Positions 8,457 through 17,487 of a DNA stretch of 64,000 nucleotides are shown in pieces. Below the pieces are notes generated by a model. That model saw nothing but the letters and a program-made list of their open reading frames with translations, did no database searches and was not told where the DNA came from. Made by a program: the position numbers and the translations under genes. Numbering within the stretch: the first letter of the stretch is position 1; each line of letters begins with the position of its first letter. Source of the DNA: an archaeon GW2011_AR5 (GTDB lineage: Archaea > Aenigmatarchaeota > Aenigmatarchaeia > GW2011-AR5); assembly GCA_000806115.1 (NCBI GenBank), contig JWKQ01000002.1, forward strand, positions 52,497 to 116,496, read 5' to 3'.

Positions 8457-9096
8457 GGATTTCCATGGTGTCTATAATAGGTATGCTGACGTCGCGCTGC
8501 CCGATAACCAGCTGCAGGTCCGTGCATCCAAGTATGATGCCTTGCGCCCCGCGTTCTTCAAGCTCTTTGATGATGCCTATTAGTTCATTTTTCATGCCGG
8601 CGGACATCTTGCCCTGAAGTATGAAATGTATTATCTCGGACAGCCTTGCCTGGCGTTCCTCCGGAGGCTTAAGGACTGATACGCTGGCAAGTTTTGATTC
8701 TAGTATGCCGGACTCCGCGGTTTTCGTAGTCGCCAGAAGTCCCGCTCTCCTGATTTTCCTCCTTTCAACTTCTTTTGACGTCTCTTCCAGTATGCTCAGC
8801 ACAGGCTTGTCGGACGCCTTCCTTATATCTTCTATGAAAATGTGCAGCGTGTTGCATGGCAGGACGAGCACGTCGCACCTGTCTTCCAGAAGCCTCACGC
8901 TGTCAAGGAGAAGGGGCAGGAACTGTTCGAGGCATTTTCCGTGCTTTACCGCGGACTTTTCAAGCTCGAAGGGCACAGGGACGTTGTGGATGATTATGTC
9001 AGGATGCGCGCGCGCTTTCCTGCTTCTGTTCACTATTGACATGTAGAACTGTGCCGTTGTCTCGGGACCGAACCCGCCTATTATCCCGAGCCTCAT
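8413..9096 (-). CDS. Aspartate/glutamate racemase family protein (aspartate racemase-like)
   Basis: 227 aa. It has an N-terminal GIIGGFGPETT and both catalytic Cys motifs (LPCNTLH, GCTDL). Confidence 0.75.
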   Translation of the reverse strand: MRLGIIGGFGPETTAQFYMSIVNRSRKARAHPDIIIHNVPVPFELEKSAVKHGKCLEQFLPLLLDSVRLLEDRCDVLVLPCNTLHIFIEDIRKASDKPVLSILEETSKEVERRKIRRAGLLATTKTAESGILESKLASVSVLKPPEERQARLSEIIHFILQGKMSAGMKNELIGIIKELEERGAQGIILGCTDLQLVIGQRDVSIPIIDTMEILANSAVQHMGGTNG

Positions 9097-9368
9097 GGCG
9101 ATTCCTCCAGTATCCTGAGAATAAGCATGCCTGTCTTGTTCAGTCTGACGGGCCTGGAGTTTTCATGAGTAACGGCTCCAGATGACTTTAATTTTTTGAA
9201 ATTCAGCTTCAGCGTGGAGAGCGGTATCGATTTCTCGCGCGATATGCGTGTAAGGAGCGCCGTAGACGTTTCTCCGCGTGTCTTTGAAATTTCCCTGAGA
9301 ATCAGGAGTTGATGGCAGCTGAGAGCCTTGAGTAAGAACGGTCCAAGCTTCTCGCCGCCGGATTCCAT
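9093..9368 (-). CDS. Small winged-HTH transcriptional regulator (ArsR/TrmB-like)
   Basis: 91 aa with a HTH around LLILREISKTRGETSTALLTRIS. It is divergent from the element-rich promoter region at 9396-9613. Confidence 0.5.
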   Translation of the reverse strand: MESGGEKLGPFLLKALSCHQLLILREISKTRGETSTALLTRISREKSIPLSTLKLNFKKLKSSGAVTHENSRPVRLNKTGMLILRILEESP

Positions 9369-9395
9369 TGGTAGTCCATTGCACCAACCCTTGCC

Positions 9396-9497
9396 GAATT
9401 ATAGTTAACCCAGAAAAGATTTCGGACATGAATTCTGGGTTAACAGATAGCTCACAAGGAAGTAATATCCTGTTTAATTCCTTGTAGAGCTATAATC
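9396..9497. promoter_or_regulatory. Palindromic promoter element E1: hairpin-1 (gttaacccagaa/ttctgggttaac) + AGATAG + hairpin-2 (ctcacaagga/tccttgtagag) + CTATAAT
   Basis: A perfect 12 bp inverted repeat lies at 9404-9444 and a 10 bp-stem palindrome at 9451-9489. A minus-strand TATA-like aattatag sits at 9397-9404, about 30 nt upstream of the regulator ATG at 9368. The element is about 85% identical to the copy at 47303-47404. Confidence 0.6.
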
Positions 9498-9553
9498 AGC
9501 TGTTTAATTAACGCATAAGGGCTTTTAAGCATTCTGGGCAGCTTTGGCTGGCT

Positions 9554-9613
9554 TTCCTTGTATCTCACAAGGAAATAATATTGCCTAGATTGTTTCCTTG
9601 TAGAGCTATAAAG
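9554..9613 (+). promoter_or_regulatory. Palindromic promoter element E2 (hairpin-2 module only), fused to a GCTATAAAG TATA box about 25 nt upstream of the ATG at 9636
   Basis: tatctcacaaggaaataatattgcctagattgtttccttgtagagctataaag matches the hairpin-2 half of E1/E3. The spacing from TATA to start codon is consistent with a leaderless archaeal promoter. Confidence 0.6.
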
Positions 9614-9635
9614 CGGGAAATACAGAAATAAGTTT

Positions 9636-10400
9636 ATGCTAATAGGCTCGCTAAATAATCCGGCAAACGACCTTCTCAGCGAAGTGAAGTGGATATCCAA
9701 TAACTTCGATTTCCTTGACCTGACGCTTGAGCTGCCGAAAGCCCATCCGGACAAAATAAAGATAAACGAACTAAGGAAGCTCATTGACAAAAAGAAGCTG
9801 CCCGTCGTCGGACACACGGCGTGGTACCTGCCGATAGGCTCGCCTTTCAAGGAACTGCGCGTTTATGCGCTGGGCGAGCTTGAGAAAAGCGCCGAAGTGT
9901 TTCAGAAGCTGGGTGCAAGGAAATTCAACGTCCATTTCGACCGCTCTCTGTCGCTTATACTGAAGGATTTCATGATTGAGACAAACATATGGTCCTTGAG
10001 GCGTCTCATAAAAATCGGGAAAAGGCATGATCTCAGGGTCATGGCGGAGAATACGCCGGGCTTGTTCAGCAATCCTGCGGTGCTTGACAGGATATTCGGG
10101 AAAGTTCCCGGCCTGCTGCTGCATCTTGATATAGCGCACGCGAACATAGCTCCCAGAAACCGGACGCCCGCCATCATGAAAAAGCTTTCTAAAAAGCTCA
10201 CTCACATACATATAAGCGGGAACCATGGCAAGCAGGACGAGCATCTGCCCATCGGGAAAGGGAACATAGACTGGAAGGCGATGCTGGGTGCTGTTAAAAG
10301 GGCTGGATACGATGATACAATAAGCCTTGAGGTATTCACAAGTACGAAAGACAGGCTGAAGGACAGGCCTAAATTGAGGAAAATATGGAACAATTTATAA
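9636..10400 (+). CDS. Sugar phosphate isomerase/epimerase (xylose isomerase-like TIM barrel)
   Basis: 254 aa with an AP-endonuclease-2 / xylose-isomerase-like pattern (His/Glu/Asp metal ligands). Confidence 0.5.
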   Translation: MLIGSLNNPANDLLSEVKWISNNFDFLDLTLELPKAHPDKIKINELRKLIDKKKLPVVGHTAWYLPIGSPFKELRVYALGELEKSAEVFQKLGARKFNVHFDRSLSLILKDFMIETNIWSLRRLIKIGKRHDLRVMAENTPGLFSNPAVLDRIFGKVPGLLLHLDIAHANIAPRNRTPAIMKKLSKKLTHIHISGNHGKQDEHLPIGKGNIDWKAMLGAVKRAGYDDTISLEVFTSTKDRLKDRPKLRKIWNNL

Positions 10401-10455
10401 AGAATGAGGATGAATAACTAAATGTGCCTAGTTCTGTTTCAGGGATTGATATTGT

Positions 10456-11694
10456 ATGGTTAGCGTAGATGTATTAGGCAGCGGTTCGGAGGTCGGGCGC
10501 AGCTCTATAGTAGTTTCAGGCGGGAAGCGCATTGTAATGGACTGCGGCGTGAAAATCCAGCCTGAGCCGCCGAAATATCCGACAATAGAAAAGGTTGACG
10601 CGGCGGTTATATCGCACGCGCACCTGGACCACGTGGGCGCCGCTCCGATGCTGTTCAGGAAAGGCAAGATGCCTGTCTACATGAATGACATAACGCTGGA
10701 GCTCGGAACCATGCTCGTCAAGGACTCGATGAAAGTCGCGCAAAAGGAGGGTTTCCACGTGCCTTTTGACAAGAGCCACGTCAAGAGGATGGTAAAGAAC
10801 ACAAAAATCGTCCGTTACAATGAAAAATTCCGCGTCGGCGATTTCTCGTGCAGCTTGTGGCACTCAGGGCACATACCAGGCTCGTCATCCGTCCTGATTG
10901 ACTCAGGAAAGAAGATTTTTTACACCGCCGACATCCAGACCAGGCCAAGCCATCTGCTCGAGCCGTGCAAGCTGCCTGCAAAGGTTGACACGCTGATTCT
11001 TGAGAGCACGTACGGCATGAAAGTCCAGGCTGACAGGAAGAAGGAGGAAAAAAGGCTTATTGAAGCCATCGAAGAGACCATATCAAATGACGGCGTGGCG
11101 CTGATGCCTGTGTTCGCCGTCGGCCGCGCGCAGGAAGTGATGCTGATACTGAAGGATTACATGAATAAGATTGCTCTCGACGGTATGGTGAAACTTGCCA
11201 GCGAGATTGTCGCCCAATATGGCAGCTACATAAAAACCCCCAAAGAGTTCAGGGACATGCTGAAGAAGGTAAAATTCATCAGAACCAACGAGGAGCGCGC
11301 GGCTGCGCTGAAGAAATATCCGATTATAATCGCGTCAGCCGGCATGCTTGGCGGGGGACCGGCCGTCCATTATTTGAGGGAAATGCAAAGCATGCGGGAA
11401 GGCAAGGTTCTTTTCTCAGGCTTCCTTGTTGAGGACAGCCCGGGAAGAAATCTCATAGAAACAAAAATCTTTGAGAACGATGAAGAGCGCTTTCACGTTT
11501 CAGGAGATTTGCAGCAGCTCGAGCTTAGCGCGCATGCCGACAGGAACGGCTTGATGGATATAGTGCGCCGCACAAGGCCGGAAAGGGTCATATGCGTCCA
11601 TGGAGACAAGTGTGCCGAGTTTGCGAAGGACATAGAGGAAGAGTTCAAGATACAGGCTTTCGCCCCAAAGAACGGGGAAAGTATCAGGGTTTAG
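10456..11694 (+). CDS. Beta-CASP family MBL-fold ribonuclease (aCPSF/RNase J-like)
   Basis: 412 aa. It carries HAHLDHVGA (HxHxDH) and the downstream beta-CASP motifs, with a C-terminal His. Confidence 0.7.
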   Translation: MVSVDVLGSGSEVGRSSIVVSGGKRIVMDCGVKIQPEPPKYPTIEKVDAAVISHAHLDHVGAAPMLFRKGKMPVYMNDITLELGTMLVKDSMKVAQKEGFHVPFDKSHVKRMVKNTKIVRYNEKFRVGDFSCSLWHSGHIPGSSSVLIDSGKKIFYTADIQTRPSHLLEPCKLPAKVDTLILESTYGMKVQADRKKEEKRLIEAIEETISNDGVALMPVFAVGRAQEVMLILKDYMNKIALDGMVKLASEIVAQYGSYIKTPKEFRDMLKKVKFIRTNEERAAALKKYPIIIASAGMLGGGPAVHYLREMQSMREGKVLFSGFLVEDSPGRNLIETKIFENDEERFHVSGDLQQLELSAHADRNGLMDIVRRTRPERVICVHGDKCAEFAKDIEEEFKIQAFAPKNGESIRV

Positions 11695-12353
11695 GACTTT
11701 TTTATTCTCACTCTTAACGGATAGTCTATAGGAGCATTAATTCTCTCGATTGAATGGTTGTATTCCGCGAGAACCCGTCTTTGATTCCTGCCGTTGGGGC
11801 TTGGATTATTCCCAAGATAAGGCCATAGTTGAATGTCGCCGCCGCATTTTAGTACCCTGAAAGACTCTGCAACTGCCTGTGCAAATAACAATTCTTCTTC
11901 GTCGAGTCCTTTTGCTATGCAATTTATAGAATAGATAAAATCGAATGTTTTGTCTTCAAACGGAAGCGAACCTGCCAGTGCAGAAGCGTATCTGCCGCTT
12001 TTTATATGAGACCAAAAACTCCGTCTGTTTGCTTCAGTGCCGGACCTGAACTGTGCAGCCGCATCTGGCCCGTATCTTTCTGCAATCTTCCGAGATTGCC
12101 CGTCTACGACCTGGTCCACCTGTGTTTTTAGTGATTGCAGGCTCCTGTAGCGCATGTCAACCCCGACGGCAACTGCGCCGGATTCGCTCAGGTAACGAAC
12201 GCAATCGCTTTCGCCAGAGCCTATGTCAAGGATTCTTAATCCGCGCACGTTGGAAGGGAATCCTATGACTTGGCGTCCTGCAGAATAAGACATTGCAGAC
12301 GGGTGCAATTTTCTTGAAAACATAGCTTCATTCTTTTGTGAATATTGGCGCAT
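11691..12353 (-). CDS. Class I SAM-dependent methyltransferase
   Basis: 220 aa with motif I ILDIGSGESD. Confidence 0.6.
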   Translation of the reverse strand: MRQYSQKNEAMFSRKLHPSAMSYSAGRQVIGFPSNVRGLRILDIGSGESDCVRYLSESGAVAVGVDMRYRSLQSLKTQVDQVVDGQSRKIAERYGPDAAAQFRSGTEANRRSFWSHIKSGRYASALAGSLPFEDKTFDFIYSINCIAKGLDEEELLFAQAVAESFRVLKCGGDIQLWPYLGNNPSPNGRNQRRVLAEYNHSIERINAPIDYPLRVRIKKS

Positions 12354-12385
12354 TGAATTTGGATAGCCAAAATTAATTTAAAGAT

Positions 12386-12640
12386 TCAAGGACGTCCGTC
12401 TATCTTCCTGAGCGTATTGTCAAAATGCGTTCTTCCCTTGCTTGTTATAATGTATGTACCGCGTCCCCTGACGAGTCCGGATTTTTTCATTGCAGAAAGA
12501 GACTTTGTCACGTGAGGCTTGCTTATCCTCATGGACTCCGCTATCTGTTCGCTTGTCTTCGGAGTTTCCTTGATTTCCGAAAGTATAATCGCATCCTTAA
12601 GCGTCCTGACCATTTCCACACCCAAACTATCTGTTAGCAT
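12386..12640 (-). CDS. Small winged-HTH transcriptional regulator
   Basis: 84 aa with a HTH around TSEQIAESMRISKPHVTKSL. Confidence 0.5.
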   Translation of the reverse strand: MLTDSLGVEMVRTLKDAIILSEIKETPKTSEQIAESMRISKPHVTKSLSAMKKSGLVRGRGTYIITSKGRTHFDNTLRKIDGRP

Positions 12641-12726
12641 GGAAAATCTATTTAATCCAATCTGGCGTTTTTATTTTATGGTGTTTTTGGAAAGATTTTC
12701 AAATAGTCTTGCAATAAATTATAGTT

Positions 12727-13637
12727 ATGATTGAGATAGACGGCTCAAGCGGCGAGGGCGGTGGGCAAATCATAAGAACAGCTGTGGCGCTTTCCGCGAT
12801 TACAGGCAAGCCTTGCATGATAGAGAAAATCCGCGCAGGCAGACCGAACCCCGGTTTGCAGGCGCAGCATCTCACAGCCGTCAAAGCCGTGGCGAAGATA
12901 TGCGGCGCCGAAACAGATGCCGGCATCGGAAGCACTTCCCTGATGTTCAAGCCCGGCACCATTCGGGGCGGGCAGCACGAGATAGACATAGGGACGGCAG
13001 GCGCGGTTTCTCTTGTTCTTCAATCAGTTATTCTCCCCTCGCTCCACGCAGAGCATCCTACATCGATTACAATAAAAGGAGGCACTCATGTGAGATGGAG
13101 CCCGAGCATGGACTATATGCAGAATATATTTTGCTACTACATGAAAAAACTTGGGCTCGGAGCCGACATCAGTATAGAACAGCATGGATTTTATCCGCGC
13201 GGAGGCGGCGTGATAAAAGCGAAGATAATTCCGGGCAATCCAAAGCCGCTTGACATGACAGAACGCGGCGACCTGATAGCCTACGAAGCGACAAGCATAG
13301 CGTCCGCCGACTTGCAGAAGAGTCAGGTTGCAGAACGGCAGTTGAAAAGGGTTGAAAAGATTTTTCCGTTGTCCAGAAGGAACATAGCGTATTTCCAGAC
13401 CGCAAGTCCGGGCTCAGCCGTGCACGTGTCTGCCGTGACATGGACTCAGGGGCGTGCTTCGACCGTCACATGTCAGACCAGATTCTGCCTTTTCTGGCAT
13501 TTGCAAAAAATGACAGCAGGATAAAAGTCGCGGAGATTACGGGACATGTAAGGACAAATATCCAGGTAATCGAGAAGTTCCTTCCTGTGAAGTTTGAAAT
13601 CGACGAAGCGGGAAAAATAATAAGAGTGAAAGTATGA
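12727..13637 (+). pseudogene. rtcA: RNA 3'-terminal phosphate cyclase, disrupted by a frameshift and internal deletion near 13420-13450
   Basis: ORF 12727-13524 begins with the classic RtcA IEIDGSSGEGGGQIIRTAVALSAITGKP. The RtcA C-terminus (DQILPFLAFA...) is in another frame as ORF 13440-13637. About 35 aa between the GSAVHVSA region and the xxDxHxxDQ region appear to be missing. Confidence 0.6.
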
Positions 13638-14197
13638 TGAAAAAAGACTCCGTATTTTTAACAAGAAATTTTGTGAAATCCAAGTTTATGAAAAATCCCC
13701 ATTATAGTTTCGATAACTGGGTCGTGATGTACGCGCATAGTCTCAACGTGGAAAAGATGGCTGTCAAGATATCAAAAGGAACAAAATGCGACCGGCAGGT
13801 CTTGTCCATAGGGTCTCTCCTGCACGACATTGGCAAAACATACAAAACCGATAAGGGCACACTCCACAAGCATCATGAAGATTTTAACCTGGTAGTCAGT
13901 GAAAATTTTCTTGGTACGCTGGGTTTGGACAAGAAAAGCCTGGATAAAATAAAGAAAATTATATCTTACAAGAGCAAGTCGGTGGAAATGAGAATTATAA
14001 AAGATGCCGACGCAATCGCATTTTATTACGACAAGAGGCTCAACATGCTTTTCCTGAACTGGGCAAGAAGGAATCGCCTGGGGGACGCTATAGAGAGGAA
14101 GCTCAGGAAGTTTGATAAGCTGAGATTCGAAGCGAGCAGAAAAATCGGAAAACCCTGGTTCGAGAGGATGAAAAAAGACTGGAAAATCAATTCTTGA
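13634..14197 (+). CDS. HD-domain phosphohydrolase
   Basis: 187 aa with LLHDIGK. Its ATGA overlaps the end of the rtcA remnant. Confidence 0.6.
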   Translation: MMKKDSVFLTRNFVKSKFMKNPHYSFDNWVVMYAHSLNVEKMAVKISKGTKCDRQVLSIGSLLHDIGKTYKTDKGTLHKHHEDFNLVVSENFLGTLGLDKKSLDKIKKIISYKSKSVEMRIIKDADAIAFYYDKRLNMLFLNWARRNRLGDAIERKLRKFDKLRFEASRKIGKPWFERMKKDWKINS

Positions 14198-15899
14198 GCA
14201 TCTTTCTCATCTTTTCCAGCGGGTAAGAATTAATTATCGAACTCTTTGGCGCCCATCCCCTGCGCGCGGTGGCCACTCCTATTCTCATATATCTCAGGTC
14301 CGCTATGCTGTGCGCGTCCGTATTTACGGCAAGAAAGCACCCCGCGTCGATCGCGGCTTTTGTATTTACGTCGTTCAGATCCAGCCTTTCCGGCTGGGAA
14401 TTTATTTCCAATACGGTATTTGTTTCTGCCGCCTTCTCGGTTATCTTTGTAATATCAAGCCGGACTCCGTCGCGCCTGTCAATCAGCCTGCCCGACGGAT
14501 GCCCGATTATGTCTACATTCGGGTTTTCCATTGCAGAAAGTACCCGTTGTGTGCCGTCTCCTTTCAAGCCCGAGTGAAGCGAGGCTGTGACTATGTCAAG
14601 CTTCCTCAGGACTGCGTCAGACACGGCAAATTTCCCGTCAAGCCCTATGTCAATCTCGCCGCCCTGGAGTATTTGTATATCAGCCTTCTTCCTGACTTTT
14701 TCTATTTCCCTGCTTTGCTGCTCGACGCGTTTTTTGTCCATCGCTCTTGCTATTGCAAGCTTGCCTATGTGGTCCGATATGCAGATGTATTCATAGCCCA
14801 TTTTCCCGGCGGCATTTGCCATTTCCTCTACGGTATTGGACCCGTCGCTCCATTTTGTGTGCACGTGCAGGTCTCCTTTGATGTCTCCGTAGCCGATGAG
14901 TCCGGGGAGTTTGTGCTTCTTTGCCGCCTCCAGTTCTCCCCTGTTCTCGCGCATCTCGGGCTCGATGTAGTCCATGCCTAAGCAGCGATAAACATCCTGC
15001 TCCGTTCGTCCCGCAAGAAACTTCTTCCCTCTGAAAAGTCCGTATTCGCTGAGCTTAAGTCGCCTGGAAATCGCTATCTTTCTCATTTCTATGTTGTGCT
15101 CCTTGGAACCCGTGAAATAAAGCAGCGCCGAGCCGTATTCTTTTTCCGGGAGCGCGCGCAGGTCCACTTGTATCCCGTTGAAAAGGTTGACAGAAGCCTT
15201 TGTGGGTCCCGTTGCAATAACCCGCGCAACCATGCTCATTTTCGTGAAGAATTTTATGACCGAGTCCGGCTTTTCTGATGAAACAAGTATGTCTATGTCG
15301 CCTATCGTCTCTTTCATTCGCCTCAGCGAGCCCGCGGCGTCTATCCTACGGATGTCCTTGCACTTTTTCATTTCCTTTATTATTTCGTCGGAGAGCGTCA
15401 GAGCGTGCCCCAGAAGCATTCTCCCGCCGCGCTTCTTCGATGCTTCTATGCTCCTTATTATGTTCTGCTCCGTTTTCTCCTTCAGGCTCGGTATCTTCCT
15501 AAGCTTTCCGGACTTTGCCGCCTTCTCCAGCTGTTCGAGGTTCTTTATGCCGAGTTTTTCGTAGAAGAGCTTCACTTTTTTCGGCCCGACGCCCTCTATC
15601 GCAAGCATGTCGGCAAAGCCCGGCGGCAACCCTTTCTTCAGCTCGTCGAGATATTTCAGCCTTCCTTTTTTCAGGTATTCGTCGATCTTCTCGGCGATTC
15701 CCCTGCCAACGCCCGGTATGGAGTCCAGTTTGCCTTGTTTCCATGCCTCCCCGACATCCGTAGGCATCGCTTCTACTGCCTGCGCAGCCCGCCGGTAAGC
15801 CCTTATCTTGAATATCATCTCGCCGCGTATCTCAAGCAGGTCCGCTATGTCATAAAGCAGTTTGGCAACTTCCCGGTTTTTCATGTTATTAGTTGTCAA
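14187..15899 (-). CDS. polX: DNA polymerase X family protein with a C-terminal PHP phosphoesterase domain
   Basis: 570 aa. The N-terminal Pol beta-like region has helix-hairpin-helix motifs and a GDxD catalytic segment. The C-terminal PHP region has the pattern HVHTxxSDG. Confidence 0.85.
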   Translation of the reverse strand: MTTNNMKNREVAKLLYDIADLLEIRGEMIFKIRAYRRAAQAVEAMPTDVGEAWKQGKLDSIPGVGRGIAEKIDEYLKKGRLKYLDELKKGLPPGFADMLAIEGVGPKKVKLFYEKLGIKNLEQLEKAAKSGKLRKIPSLKEKTEQNIIRSIEASKKRGGRMLLGHALTLSDEIIKEMKKCKDIRRIDAAGSLRRMKETIGDIDILVSSEKPDSVIKFFTKMSMVARVIATGPTKASVNLFNGIQVDLRALPEKEYGSALLYFTGSKEHNIEMRKIAISRRLKLSEYGLFRGKKFLAGRTEQDVYRCLGMDYIEPEMRENRGELEAAKKHKLPGLIGYGDIKGDLHVHTKWSDGSNTVEEMANAAGKMGYEYICISDHIGKLAIARAMDKKRVEQQSREIEKVRKKADIQILQGGEIDIGLDGKFAVSDAVLRKLDIVTASLHSGLKGDGTQRVLSAMENPNVDIIGHPSGRLIDRRDGVRLDITKITEKAAETNTVLEINSQPERLDLNDVNTKAAIDAGCFLAVNTDAHSIADLRYMRIGVATARRGWAPKSSIINSYPLEKMRKMLKN

Positions 15900-15937
15900 G
15901 CCAAAGGTAAAAAGCGTGCGTCCTCAAAACCTATTTA

Positions 15938-16534
15938 TTGGGCGGCGTGTCAATTATCAAAATGCACGTGACTAAAATCTATGAGAAGGATGCCGGGACA
16001 AGGCTCGTTTCTGATATTTTTGACAATATACTGGTAAACGGCGATTTCAAGTTTGAAAGCATCGAGCTTCATGTCCGCGACAAAGCCGTGTCCTTTATTG
16101 ACGACGAAAAAGCCGTTATCTGCCTGGATTATAACGACCCTTTCATAAGGGAGATGGATGCAAGGGGTATCAGAATATTGCTTGTACATGAACTGTTCAG
16201 GCTGACGTTCAAGTTTGATGTGCCTAAGCATGTAGAAGACGTCATCATAGGCCGTGAGATGCTAAGGCGCGGTTACGGGGATGAGCTCCTCTATCTCTAT
16301 TATAACAGGCTGCTGCAGGGCGGGTATGAAGGCATTGAAGGCTGCGTAAGAGCCAATCTTCCGTGGATTATCTTCTCCAAGCATGACAAGTACGATTCGG
16401 AGCTGCTGAAGAAGCAGGCCGCGAAAATATGCGGGAAGAAGTTTGACTGCCGGAGGCTGTTTGATGTGCTTGTGGACCTGTCGCAAAAGACTATTCCCAA
16501 AGCCGCTGAAGAATACACAAAGCTGGTGAAATGA
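15938..16534 (+). CDS. Hypothetical protein
   Basis: 198 aa. Its end overlaps the next ORF start (ATGA), so the two probably form an operon. Confidence 0.4.
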   Translation: MGGVSIIKMHVTKIYEKDAGTRLVSDIFDNILVNGDFKFESIELHVRDKAVSFIDDEKAVICLDYNDPFIREMDARGIRILLVHELFRLTFKFDVPKHVEDVIIGREMLRRGYGDELLYLYYNRLLQGGYEGIEGCVRANLPWIIFSKHDKYDSELLKKQAAKICGKKFDCRRLFDVLVDLSQKTIPKAAEEYTKLVK

Positions 16535-17361
16535 TGCAAATCGTGAAATACAAATGGGAAACCGGTCAGGCGCTGTCGTCGCTTAATTCGGAACCTTTCC
16601 TGTTCGCCAGGGAAGACGGCAGGATGGAAAAAATCAAGCTTTTTGACAAAAAACTTGACATAAAAATCGGTGAGAAATACTGCATCGGTTATTATAAAAA
16701 AGGCCGGCATTTCGACTGCCCGAAGAAGCGTGTCGTTGATAACGAGCGCGTCTGCAGAGAATGCGCCCTGAATGACGACTTCTTCCTTTGCATGAAGTGC
16801 ACGGGTGAGGAATGCATCAACGAGCCGCAGCGCGCAAGCTGCACAGAGAACATGTACTTCATTTATCTGGCCGCTTTCAATTCAATGCTCAAGGTTGGAA
16901 TATCATACCAGTTCAGGATAATGGAGCGCCTTGTCGAGCAGGGCGCCGACATGGGCGCCAAGATCGGGCTTGTCAGGGACGGGAAAACCGCCCGGCAGAT
17001 AGAACAGAAGATAGGAAGGGAACTTAACATTATAGACAGGGTCAGCGGGATTGACAAGCAGAAGATGCTGTTTGGCAACATCAATGTGGCCGCCGTGAAC
17101 ATATTCAACGCATACAGCAGGCTGAAGTCCAATGGGTTCGGTTCGTATCTTATCAGCCCTGAAATATACAACCTCCAAGGCATCTACAGGCTTTCTGCCG
17201 TCAGCCGGATGCCGGTGCCGCTTGAATTGAAGGACGGAACCTGCATAAGCGGCGATGTCCTTGCCGCAAAGGGGAACATAATAGTGATAAAGAACGAAAC
17301 GGGGCTGTTCTCGGTGAATGCCAGCAAGCTTCTTGGATGCGGCGTAGAACTGCTTAATTAG
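16531..17361 (+). CDS. Hypothetical protein with a Cys-rich zinc-ribbon-like segment
   Basis: 276 aa. The Cys-rich segment reads CRECALNDDFFLCMKCTGEEC. Confidence 0.4.
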   Translation: MMQIVKYKWETGQALSSLNSEPFLFAREDGRMEKIKLFDKKLDIKIGEKYCIGYYKKGRHFDCPKKRVVDNERVCRECALNDDFFLCMKCTGEECINEPQRASCTENMYFIYLAAFNSMLKVGISYQFRIMERLVEQGADMGAKIGLVRDGKTARQIEQKIGRELNIIDRVSGIDKQKMLFGNINVAAVNIFNAYSRLKSNGFGSYLISPEIYNLQGIYRLSAVSRMPVPLELKDGTCISGDVLAAKGNIIVIKNETGLFSVNASKLLGCGVELLN

Positions 17362-17414
17362 ATTATTAAATTATTATATACGAAGACGGTGTCTGAGTCA
17401 AACCCTTTCTTGGG

Positions 17415-17464
17415 GTACAAGCAAGAGTTTGCTCTTGCTGTACAGCATGAACTTTGTTCATGCT
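17415..17464 (+). other. Two adjacent near-perfect hairpins (13 bp and 9 bp stems), 30 nt after a TATATAC box; possibly a small structured RNA or an RNA processing/termination structure
   Basis: The stems are gtacaagcaagag/ctcttgctgtac and agcatgaac/gttcatgct. They lie between the stop of 16531-17361 and the start of 17488-17907. Confidence 0.35.
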
Positions 17465-17487
17465 TGTAAGACCTAGACCTAAAGTAC

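Noticed and set aside
9430-9620. A possible CRISPR array, suggested by repeated palindromic ~30-nt units near 9450 and 9560
   Set aside because: There are only two units, they are not identical, and they are not regularly spaced. Each ends in a TATA box about 25-30 nt before a start codon, and further copies sit at other promoters (39.9, 47.3 and 55.4 kb). No cas genes are present. These are better explained as promoter-associated operator-like elements.
13440-13524. Programmed ribosomal frameshift in rtcA
   Set aside because: No slippery heptamer or stimulatory structure was found, and about 35 residues appear to be missing relative to homologues. Deletion or pseudogenisation, or an assembly error, is more parsimonious.
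17415-17464. A tRNA or tRNA fragment, suggested by two adjacent stems
   Set aside because: The stems are 13 and 9 bp perfect hairpins with 3-nt loops. There is no cloverleaf, T-loop or anticodon-arm geometry.
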